From the IMG/VR virus record IMGVR_UViG_3300030372_002914, positions 865 to 64,864 of that record: a stretch of DNA of 64,000 nucleotides; one strand, written 5' to 3'. Shown here piece by piece: positions 1 through 7,433 of the stretch. The notes under the pieces are model-generated. The model did not search any database. It was not told the DNA's origin and saw only the letters and a program-made list of their open reading frames with translations. This stretch comes from a virus. Lineage: Duplodnaviria; Caudoviricetes. Made by a program: the position numbers and the translations under genes. The stretch's first letter is position 1; each line of letters starts with the position of its first letter.

Positions 1-2
1 AG

Positions 3-431
3 CAATGGGTACAGGGTTTTTATGTAGATCAAAACTGGTATGATGTTAGTAGCGGTGATTCTATATTAATTGCTACATCAAATGATGAATTTTACAACTG
101 GCATTTTGGAGATGCTGTAGCAAGGTTTAATGCACAAGAATTAGATAAGCTAGGAATGCAGAAAGAGCTTAGCGCTGTTATAGGTTTAGCTTATTATAAA
201 TATACACCAACATTATGGATACACGCATGGTATAATTGTTTACCTTACCATCGTGGTTTAGATGACTACTCATATGATTATGAAGGTAGTACTATAGAAT
301 GGGATGCTGGTTTAGTATTTGGAACTAAAATAACAAAAAACCTTGGTTTATTCGTGGAAGGAACCCACATGAAGTATTGGGGTAAAAAAATATACGAAGT
401 AAAATTTGGGTTTAACTATTTAATATTTTAA
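3..431 (+). CDS. C-terminal part of a putative outer-membrane beta-barrel protein (5' truncated by window edge)
   Basis: Frame is open from base 3 (QWVQGFYVDQNWYD...) through the listed 156..431 ORF; amphipathic aromatic-rich strands; ends EVKFGFNYLIF, resembling a BAM beta-signal with terminal Phe. Confidence 0.55.
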   Translation, partial: QWVQGFYVDQNWYDVSSGDSILIATSNDEFYNWHFGDAVARFNAQELDKLGMQKELSAVIGLAYYKYTPTLWIHAWYNCLPYHRGLDDYSYDYEGSTIEWDAGLVFGTKITKNLGLFVEGTHMKYWGKKIYEVKFGFNYLIF

Positions 432-434
432 GAT

Positions 435-818
435 ATGGCATTTAAAATGAAAGGTTTTTCTGCTTTTACCAAAAAAACAGATAAAGATTATGAACCACAA
501 ACAAAGGCTGGTGGCCGTGAGTATGAAGATAAGGTAAGAAGATCAGATTTAGACGAAGAAGGGAAAAAGATATTTGACAGTAAGGGATATGAACCACAAA
601 CTCAAACTAGAGGTTATAAAGGTAGTGAACATACTGATTCTACACCTCAAACTGAAATGCAAAAAATGCCTTTATATAGATTAGAGGGAGAATTGGACGG
701 AATTATGGATAATGAATATATGGAGGCTAAAGAGAGGGGTGATAAAAGTGAGATAGCAAGGTATGAATCTCAAATGAATAAACTTAAAAAAGAAATAGAA
801 AGAAGAAAAAATAAATAA
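435..818 (+). CDS. Small charged protein with MAFKMKGFSAFTK leader (putative virion internal/cargo protein)
   Basis: N-terminal 13 aa identical to 822..1091; internal repeat K(D/G)YEPQT twice. Confidence 0.75.
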   Translation: MAFKMKGFSAFTKKTDKDYEPQTKAGGREYEDKVRRSDLDEEGKKIFDSKGYEPQTQTRGYKGSEHTDSTPQTEMQKMPLYRLEGELDGIMDNEYMEAKERGDKSEIARYESQMNKLKKEIERRKNK

Positions 819-821
819 GAT

Positions 822-1091
822 ATGGCATTTAAAATGAAAGGTTTTTCCGCGTTTACAAAAACAAACGGAGATGATAAAAAGAAAATAGCTGAAAATCAAG
901 ATCCAGGGTCTGGTAGAAGTAAGAAGGAAGAGATGGCACATGATATGCGGATGACTAGAAAGGAGATAGCTAGATTTGAGAAAGAGGGTAATAACAAGGC
1001 TATAGGCATGTTAAAAAGCGCTTTAGAAAGACAAAAGAAAGCATATATAGAATTATATGGTAAATTACCAGGTATGGGAACATTTGAATAA
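822..1091 (+). CDS. Small basic protein with MAFKMKGFSAFTK leader
   Basis: 5' nucleotide cassette taagatATGGCATTTAAAATGAAAGGTTTTTC shared with 435..818. Confidence 0.75.
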   Translation: MAFKMKGFSAFTKTNGDDKKKIAENQDPGSGRSKKEEMAHDMRMTRKEIARFEKEGNNKAIGMLKSALERQKKAYIELYGKLPGMGTFE

Positions 1092-1106
1092 ATTAAAACT
1101 AAAACT

Positions 1107-1865
1107 ATGAAAAAATACATTATAATATTATTTGCGCTTATAAGCTCGTTCGCTTATTCGCAATACGACTTTCAACAATTATGCTTAGACTGCGCTGAAC
1201 AAAACGGTTTTTATTGTGGAGATGATCCAGCAAACTGGACGCAATATTCTCCAAATGGATGTGTACCTAATGGTTTTCAAGGTTTATTTTATTTAAATGA
1301 TGGATGGGAAGACTGTGTAGATGGATCTGATGAAGCTGAAGCTGTACCAACAGTAGCAACTGATTGTGCTCCTCCACCACCTCCACCATGTGATACGGTT
1401 TACGTAGACATACCAGTTTATATCTATGAAACTTTATTCCAAACAGATACTATATACCAAACGGAGTATATCACTCAAATACTTTTTGATACTATAGTAG
1501 AAATTGAATATGAAACTATATTTGAAGAAATATTTGTTACAGATACATTGTGGATGGACGGGGCTTTAGATACTATGTACATTGATATTATTGAGTATGT
1601 AGATGTATTTGTTTATGATACAATAGTAGAAACAGAGACTGTTTATATAGAGTTTTTTACTACTGATACTATTGTGGAATATGTAGAGATTATAAATACA
1701 GAATATTTAGATTGTGATACGGGCTTACCTTGTACTTCAAATATACCTGAACTTATAAATAAATATAATAAAAATAGTGTAATCTATAATATTAATGGGC
1801 AGGCAATAAAAGAAAAAGAAGGATTGTACATTGAAGATGGTAAAATCAAATACAAACTAAAGTAA
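1107..1865 (+). CDS. Secreted protein: signal peptide + LDL-receptor class A-like domain + poly-Pro + DT(I/V) repeats + T9SS-type C-terminal sorting domain
   Basis: MKKYIIILFALISSFAYS/Q signal; FYC...CVP...NDGWEDCVDGSDE (LDLa-like); C-terminus TSNIPEL...IYNINGQAI...GLYIEDGKIKYKLK resembles a type A T9SS CTD. Confidence 0.7.
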   Translation: MKKYIIILFALISSFAYSQYDFQQLCLDCAEQNGFYCGDDPANWTQYSPNGCVPNGFQGLFYLNDGWEDCVDGSDEAEAVPTVATDCAPPPPPPCDTVYVDIPVYIYETLFQTDTIYQTEYITQILFDTIVEIEYETIFEEIFVTDTLWMDGALDTMYIDIIEYVDVFVYDTIVETETVYIEFFTTDTIVEYVEIINTEYLDCDTGLPCTSNIPELINKYNKNSVIYNINGQAIKEKEGLYIEDGKIKYKLK

Positions 1866-1866
1866 A

Positions 1867-2211
1867 ATGGCAAAAGAAATTTCAGAAGAAAGTAAGTTTC
1901 AAATTAGTATTAAAACATTAATAACTATAGTAGTTGCTGTTGCGACTGTTATATCTGCTTATTTTGGCTTAATGAGTAGTATTAATTCTAAGTTTGTAGA
2001 ACTTGAGGATAAAGTAGAAGAAGCTTTAGAAAAACCTAAACCAGGTACTGGTACTTATACTATAGATATGGGTGATCCAGCCGCTAGTAATTCTTGGCCA
2101 CCAACCCGTATGGAGTTTAATATGAAAGATCAAATGGCTCGTAATCAAATTGATGCGTTAGTAAAGGAGATAGATGAAATGAAAGAGGAAATAAAAGATT
2201 TAAGAAAATGA
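1867..2211 (+). CDS. Single-pass membrane protein with coiled-coil C-terminus
   Basis: Hydrophobic segment TLITIVVAVATVISAYFGLM; heptad-rich C-terminus. Confidence 0.6.
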   Translation: MAKEISEESKFQISIKTLITIVVAVATVISAYFGLMSSINSKFVELEDKVEEALEKPKPGTGTYTIDMGDPAASNSWPPTRMEFNMKDQMARNQIDALVKEIDEMKEEIKDLRK

Positions 2212-2609
2212 TTAAAAGAATAGACGTATCTAATTACCTTTATATACTAATGATGGTGTTCATGTTCTTATGTGGAACAGCATTTAGTCAAGATTTTGTT
2301 ACTGCTGATAACTTTAAAGATAAAATAGCTAAAGATATAACAATCATTGAATTCTGGGCTGAATGGAATCAAATGAATCAGTTTAATGAATTAATTAAAT
2401 TAAAAGGATGTAATGTATATCGAATCGATATTATGTCTTATATGGACATCCAAATGAATTATAACGTTACAGCTATACCAACTGTAATCATATTTGATAA
2501 TGGCGTTGAAAAAGAAAGATTTAATCCTAATGTAATGTTTAAACTAGACGCTGACAAAAAAACAGTACAACACTCGGTTGATACTATAACACTAAATAAA
2601 TTTCAATAA
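2208..2609 (+). CDS. Exported thioredoxin-fold protein lacking the CxxC motif
   Basis: Hydrophobic N-terminus ending AFS/QD; IIEFWAEWNQMN at the WCxxC position; cis-Pro motif AIPTVIIFDNGVEKERF. Confidence 0.7.
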   Translation: MIKRIDVSNYLYILMMVFMFLCGTAFSQDFVTADNFKDKIAKDITIIEFWAEWNQMNQFNELIKLKGCNVYRIDIMSYMDIQMNYNVTAIPTVIIFDNGVEKERFNPNVMFKLDADKKTVQHSVDTITLNKFQ

Positions 2610-2611
2610 TT

Positions 2612-2980
2612 ATGGCATTTAAAATGAAAGCAAAAGGATTTGGTAATAATCCTTTTAAAAAGAATTTTCCTGATTTAACAGGTGATGGCAAGGTAACTCA
2701 AGCTGATGTATTAAAAGGTAGAGGTGTATTTAAAAAAAATGGAAATGATGATAAGGTAGTTCCTAAATTTGAAAAACCTGAATTTATGTCTGATGACTAT
2801 TTTAAAAGTCTTTCTGATAAATATAAATTACCAGTTAGTGATATAAAAAACAAAATTAAATCTTTAAGCGACACTGGAGGCGGTGGAGAAGAAGATGATT
2901 TTGGGCCAGCTGATGTTAATAGCATTATTAGAGATATGGCTAAAGACAAGTACGAAAGCAACGTAGACGAAATAGATTAA
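2612..2980 (+). CDS. MAFKMK-leader protein with DxxGDG calcium-binding-like loop
   Basis: MAFKMKAKGFGNNPFKK then DLTGDGKVTQADVLKGRGV. Confidence 0.65.
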   Translation: MAFKMKAKGFGNNPFKKNFPDLTGDGKVTQADVLKGRGVFKKNGNDDKVVPKFEKPEFMSDDYFKSLSDKYKLPVSDIKNKIKSLSDTGGGGEEDDFGPADVNSIIRDMAKDKYESNVDEID

Positions 2981-2982
2981 TT

Positions 2983-3309
2983 ATGGCTTATGTACAAAAG
3001 AATAATCCGATACCTATAACCGGGTGTGGTAGACGTAGGGCGGAGCAAATGGCTAATCCATTTAAAAAAATAAGCAAAAGATCTTTATCTAAAGTATCTA
3101 CTCAATTAAAAAAAGCTAGTAAACTACACGCTGATCAAGCTAGTAAAATAGATAAAGCTATAGATAGTCCTTTAAAAAAAGGTATTAGCGGACCTTGTAA
3201 GTCTGCAGCAAAAAGAAAATTTAAAGTATGGCCAAGCGCTTACGCTTCTGGATGGGGCGTAAGGTGTACTAAAGCTGGTGGCCCAAGTAAATACGGAGGT
3301 AGTAAGTAA
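2983..3309 (+). CDS. Small basic protein of short modules (KRKFKVWPSAYASG module)
   Basis: MAYVQKNNP leader; NPFKK and SPLKK separators; Cys-flanked basic module of a type I recall from marine phages. Confidence 0.65.
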   Translation: MAYVQKNNPIPITGCGRRRAEQMANPFKKISKRSLSKVSTQLKKASKLHADQASKIDKAIDSPLKKGISGPCKSAAKRKFKVWPSAYASGWGVRCTKAGGPSKYGGSK

Positions 3310-4175
3310 TGTTTAAGGGTTTTAATATAGATAGATTTAAAAGAATGAAACCACCTTCTGACAACTCGTTTAATACGATGCAGGAGGTAAAGCAGCTTAA
3401 TAGTATACCTATGAATAAGTCTTCTGTTCAAAAGTACGATAACATAGAAAAAACCTTTGCTGATATAGCTGCTAAAAATAATATAACTAACTACGACTCT
3501 AAACTAGTAGGTGATTTAATTAAAAAATCAGCACCAATAATAACTAAGTTAAAAAAGCATTTTAATAGACCTAGACCTAAAGTAATGGCTAAAAAATTAG
3601 GTATACGTATGGCAGACTATGAAATGAACTCTATGAAAACACCATCATATCCTAGTGGTCATTCAACTCAAGGCGTTTTAATAGGTAAAGTATTAGCAGA
3701 TAAATACCCTAAAGCAGCCAAACAATTTATTAAGGCTGGTAAAAACATTTCTGATAGTAGAAGAATAGCTAAAGCTCACTACAAATCTGATAGTAAAATG
3801 GGTGAAATGCTAGGTAACGAAATGTACAAACATGCAAAAGCCTCACCATTGAAATGTTGGAAAGGTTACGAAAGAGTACCTGGTACAGCTAAAGGCTCTA
3901 AAGGTAGTTGCCGTAAGTCTTCGCCAATGAAAAAACAAAAAGGTGGTGGTACAACTAAAACTTGTTTACCTGCAGCTAAGATACGTGGCATGAGTAAAGA
4001 AAAAAGGCAAGAGCTAGTTAGCTCTAAAAAGGCAGCTGGTGCACAGGGTAAATATAAAAGATCATCTAAAACAAACGTTAAAGGCGCTAGAAAAAAAGGT
4101 GCTACGTTAAGAGACTGGTTTCAAAAAGAAGACTGGAGAAGAGTAGATGATCCTTCTAAAAAATGTGGAGAATAA
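3309..4175 (+). CDS. Soluble PAP2/acid-phosphatase-superfamily domain fused to basic peptide modules
   Basis: All three PAP2 motifs: KxxxxxxRP (KKHFNRPRP), PSGH (SYPSGHS), SRxxxxxHxxxD (SRRIAKAHYKSD); no TM helices; C-terminal CWKGY and LRDWFQKEDW modules after SPLK and SPMKK. Confidence 0.75.
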   Translation: MFKGFNIDRFKRMKPPSDNSFNTMQEVKQLNSIPMNKSSVQKYDNIEKTFADIAAKNNITNYDSKLVGDLIKKSAPIITKLKKHFNRPRPKVMAKKLGIRMADYEMNSMKTPSYPSGHSTQGVLIGKVLADKYPKAAKQFIKAGKNISDSRRIAKAHYKSDSKMGEMLGNEMYKHAKASPLKCWKGYERVPGTAKGSKGSCRKSSPMKKQKGGGTTKTCLPAAKIRGMSKEKRQELVSSKKAAGAQGKYKRSSKTNVKGARKKGATLRDWFQKEDWRRVDDPSKKCGE

Positions 4176-4489
4176 TGGCATATATACAATCAAATAATCC
4201 TTTTAAAAAATCAGCGGAACCAAGACGTACTATAGGTCCTGGTAAAAATTTTAATAAAGCTAGACCAACTGGAACTGGTGCTGCAGCTGGTGGAGGTATG
4301 ACTCAAAAAGGCGTTGATGAATATAAACGTAAAAATCCAGGAAGTAAATTGCAGACCGCTGTTACTACTAAGCCATCTGAATTAAAACCAGGTAGTAAAA
4401 AAGCTAATCGTAGAAAATCATTCTGCGCTAGATCAAGAAGTTGGAAAAGCGAAAGAGGTAAAGCTGCTAGAAGAAGATGGAACTGTTAA
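4175..4489 (+). CDS. Small Arg/Lys-rich protein (NPGSKLQTAVT...RRKSFCAR...RWNC family)
   Basis: ATG at 4175 overlaps the previous stop; MAYIQSNNPFKK leader; highly basic module. Confidence 0.7.
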   Translation: MAYIQSNNPFKKSAEPRRTIGPGKNFNKARPTGTGAAAGGGMTQKGVDEYKRKNPGSKLQTAVTTKPSELKPGSKKANRRKSFCARSRSWKSERGKAARRRWNC

Positions 4490-4520
4490 AAAAAAAGGGA
4501 GCAATTAAGCTCCCTTTATT
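4488..4520. terminator. Intrinsic terminator between the convergent arms (probably bidirectional)
   Basis: Hairpin AAAGGGAGC-aattaa-GCTCCCTTT (4494-4517); the A9 tract on + gives a U-tract for the minus-strand transcript; TTTATT follows on +. Confidence 0.8.
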
Positions 4521-4522
4521 AT

Positions 4523-4705
4523 TTACATACTATTTTTAGTATGCTGGACTTCAGTTCGAATATTCTGGGCTATACCTTTTATATTCTGCATATGTTTCCT
4601 AACTCTAGTACCAGCTGCTTTATTACCAGCGCTAAACTTATCAGCTTCATGTATTGCTACACTTACCTCATCTTTTATAGTTTCCATTAAATTTCCTAAA
4701 TTCAT
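4523..4705 (-). CDS. Histone H1-like (Hc1-type) nucleoid protein of the Bacteroidota type
   Basis: EADKFSAGNKAAGTRVRKHMQNIKGIAQNIRTEVQ matches the Bacteroidota Hc1-family pattern KF..GN.AAGTRVRK..Q..K..AQ..R..VQ. Confidence 0.75.
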   Translation of the reverse strand: MNLGNLMETIKDEVSVAIHEADKFSAGNKAAGTRVRKHMQNIKGIAQNIRTEVQHTKNSM

Positions 4706-4721
4706 ATTATATTATTTTAAA

Positions 4722-6587
4722 TTAAACAATTTCACAATTTCCACCAGCACAAGCTAACTCGCCTGATAGATCTGTATTATCATCACTTTCAATAACTCTC
4801 GTTAAATCAATATCAGATAACACTTTGGACATTTTGTTGTATTCAGCTTCGTTAATGTCCTCAAACGGAGCCTGAGTGTACGTACCACCATCGTATGGTA
4901 ATACTGATAACCCATTGTAATATTCTCTATTACTCCACATCCATTCCCCAGCTTCATCCCATTCATTTTCTTTAAGAGATATTGTAGCAGATACATTATG
5001 CGTATTACTACCTCGTCTATGACCAGGTTGTATCCATTCTAATGCTACACGTTTTACTCTTTCAAGAGTATCAAATGGTGATTCAGTTCTGAGTATTGAT
5101 TCAGCTGGAGCTTTCTGTGGTACAGAAATAACAGCTGTATCGTGTGGTCTGAAGTACTCATCTTCAATTAATTCAGGGTGTGACTTAGATAAATATTTAT
5201 ATATAGCCTCGTTTTTCCCTACACGCATCCTACGAACATAATAATCATTATGCCAAGCATGAATACCCGATGATGTCCCGAGGACCAGAGATGTTGTCCC
5301 TGCAGGTTTTACGGTTGTACATCTAGCTGATGCTTTTATCCCTATGATCTTTGCTACTCGTGCATTTTCTTTTGTCACGATATTTGCAGCGTCCTTCATA
5401 TCCATTTGGAGCACAGCGGCACTCCCTATTCCTGTCATTGACACACCTATAAGAGCGTCTTTTTCTGTTGTCTCTTTCCATATTTCTCTAAGATAATGAA
5501 AGTCGGTGTATCCAGCTTGCAACGTTCCAATTAACGCAGCAGCTTTTACTCTGTTATTAAAATCATTTTGATCTTCAATATCAGATACATTAACTTCACA
5601 TAGATTACAGAACTGAAATGGTCTAAGTGCTATCTCACAACAAGGATTAGTTCCCCAATCCTTATCGTTATTAAGATATATACCAGGTTCTCCAGCTCCA
5701 GATAATTCAACTCTTTTCCATAAGTCCATAAAGAACTCTTTAGTTACCTTATGTCTCATTAAAACAGCAGAATTATTTGCTCTACCTCTTTGTGGGTTAG
5801 TTTCCCACCAAGATCCAGATTTACACGCTATCATATCATTATCAGTAGCTGTAAACAAACTAATTAATGCAGCTCGTCTAATACCACCAGCTAATACAGC
5901 ATCTGCTATATGGCATATAATATCGTGTACCTCTAATGAAGTTAAAGCTACACCATCTTCTTTAGATTGAAGTATACCTTCAACTTTGGTTAAACATTCT
6001 TTTAAAGGCTGTGGACCAGGTGCCTTACCACCTGATGTCACTAGCCTAGCACCTTTTGGTCTAATACATGTATAATCAAAGTTTACTTTGGAAAGCTTCT
6101 TATTACTAAGATAAGTTTTCATAAGTACTTTAACCGCGTCAGACCAACCTTCAATTGAATCACCTATAACAAACCTTCTAGATCTTTTCATAAAAGGTTT
6201 TGTTACCATAGGTAAATCTTTTATATGATGCTGTTGAACCGAATAACCGACTCCACATCCTGAAAGTAATAGAAACATTATCTCATTGAAAGCATCTACA
6301 CCATCTACAGGTAAGTAAGAACAGTTATATAATCTATTTGGACTCACTTGAATAGGTTTACCAGCAAATTGTAAACTTCTCATTGAAGGTAATACCTTTT
6401 TAGTGAATACATATGTATAAGCTTTTCTTATTTCAATTTCTAATTTTGGATAATTCTTGATATGCATCTGCATATTTCTTTCAACTAGCTCGTCCCAAGT
6501 CTCTCTACGATTTAACTCAGGCATGTACCTAGCATATTTCATATGAACAGTGATATCAGAAAGTATGTTTCTATTTATATCTTTCAT
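4722..6587 (-). CDS. nrdJ: Class II (adenosylcobalamin-dependent, monomeric RTPR-type) ribonucleotide reductase
   Basis: VLPSMRSLQFAG, YNCSY, GCGVGYSV, RRAALISL, TNPCCEIAL, FCNLCEVN, TTVKPAGTTSL, C-terminal ACAGGNCEI; no beta subunit gene nearby. Confidence 0.92.
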   Translation of the reverse strand: MKDINRNILSDITVHMKYARYMPELNRRETWDELVERNMQMHIKNYPKLEIEIRKAYTYVFTKKVLPSMRSLQFAGKPIQVSPNRLYNCSYLPVDGVDAFNEIMFLLLSGCGVGYSVQQHHIKDLPMVTKPFMKRSRRFVIGDSIEGWSDAVKVLMKTYLSNKKLSKVNFDYTCIRPKGARLVTSGGKAPGPQPLKECLTKVEGILQSKEDGVALTSLEVHDIICHIADAVLAGGIRRAALISLFTATDNDMIACKSGSWWETNPQRGRANNSAVLMRHKVTKEFFMDLWKRVELSGAGEPGIYLNNDKDWGTNPCCEIALRPFQFCNLCEVNVSDIEDQNDFNNRVKAAALIGTLQAGYTDFHYLREIWKETTEKDALIGVSMTGIGSAAVLQMDMKDAANIVTKENARVAKIIGIKASARCTTVKPAGTTSLVLGTSSGIHAWHNDYYVRRMRVGKNEAIYKYLSKSHPELIEDEYFRPHDTAVISVPQKAPAESILRTESPFDTLERVKRVALEWIQPGHRRGSNTHNVSATISLKENEWDEAGEWMWSNREYYNGLSVLPYDGGTYTQAPFEDINEAEYNKMSKVLSDIDLTRVIESDDNTDLSGELACAGGNCEIV

Positions 6588-6590
6588 TTA

Positions 6591-6725
6591 TTACTTATTA
6601 TTTATTGTTAAACAAAAATCTACTAGTGGTAGATACATCACATAATTTACTTTTTTCCTTTCAACGTAGGTTCTAAAGCCGAAAAGAAATCCAGGGTAAA
6701 ACCCTATACTAAATTCCCAATCCAT
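6591..6725 (-). CDS. 44-aa aromatic/hydrophobic micro-protein (not in ORF track)
   Basis: MDWEFSIGFYPGFLFGFRTYVEGKKVNYVMYLPLVDFCLTINNK fills the gap between flanking genes exactly. Confidence 0.55.
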   Translation of the reverse strand: MDWEFSIGFYPGFLFGFRTYVERKKVNYVMYLPLVDFCLTINNK

Positions 6726-6726
6726 A

Positions 6727-7173
6727 TTATTTCGTTTTATTAGTTAATAATTCTATTACTTGATCACATTCCTTTTGGTTTTGAGGCTTATATAAAGTCA
6801 CACGTGGATAGCATTTGTTTATAAATCTTTTAAACAATTTCCATCTCATTGGGAAACTTTCATTAGCTCTACCTTTTGTTTCAATTATAAAATCTTCTCC
6901 AATAAAATCTGGAGTATATTTTATAGGTAAAATCTTTTTATTTCCTCTGTCTACAAACTGTCCTTTACCATTAGACTGCCTTTCATAACTTGAGGATTCA
7001 AAGTCAAAACCTTCTATTAAAGTATATGTTCTACCCTCATAATCAGCTTTTATTTTAGCCTTTTTTAAAGCTTGATACATATACTTCTCTAGACCGGACG
7101 CGAAGGTCACACCATCATATGTAACCTTCTTTGATCTTACTGGTCCTTTTTTTCTATTCTTTCGATATTTCAT
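6727..7173 (-). CDS. T7 endonuclease I-like PD-(D/E)xK nuclease / Holliday junction resolvase
   Basis: FASGLE...YTPDF...IIETKG motifs. Confidence 0.8.
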   Translation of the reverse strand: MKYRKNRKKGPVRSKKVTYDGVTFASGLEKYMYQALKKAKIKADYEGRTYTLIEGFDFESSSYERQSNGKGQFVDRGNKKILPIKYTPDFIGEDFIIETKGRANESFPMRWKLFKRFINKCYPRVTLYKPQNQKECDQVIELLTNKTK

Positions 7174-7432
7174 CTAATATATCTTTAAGTTCTTCTTGTG
7201 CTGTCTGTATATACAGAATTGCATCCATAAGCTCTTCTTGAATATCAACTAAATATTTCATTAGACCTTTCATTTTCGTTGTTCTCTCTTCGTGAAGAGT
7301 CGTGCCATATTTTCTAAATCCCTCATCGGATCTAGTTTTAAATTTATCTACTACACGTTTTACAACAGGATCTCTAAACTCGTCTTCATCAACGATAAAA
7401 CCCTTAGCGTCCATAATTTCTCTACTACTCAT
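7154..7432 (-). CDS. Small all-alpha phage protein, possibly MazG-like NTP pyrophosphohydrolase fold
   Basis: RS..G..KYGTTL and QEELMDAILY motifs; EExxD resembles the all-alpha NTP-PPase metal site. Confidence 0.45.
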   Translation of the reverse strand: MSSREIMDAKGFIVDEDEFRDPVVKRVVDKFKTRSDEGFRKYGTTLHEERTTKMKGLMKYLVDIQEELMDAILYIQTAQEELKDILDEISKE

Positions 7433-7433
7433 A

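Noticed and set aside
1867-2211. i-spanin
   Set aside because: Topology fits, but no overlapping or adjacent o-spanin lipoprotein gene and no neighbouring lysis genes
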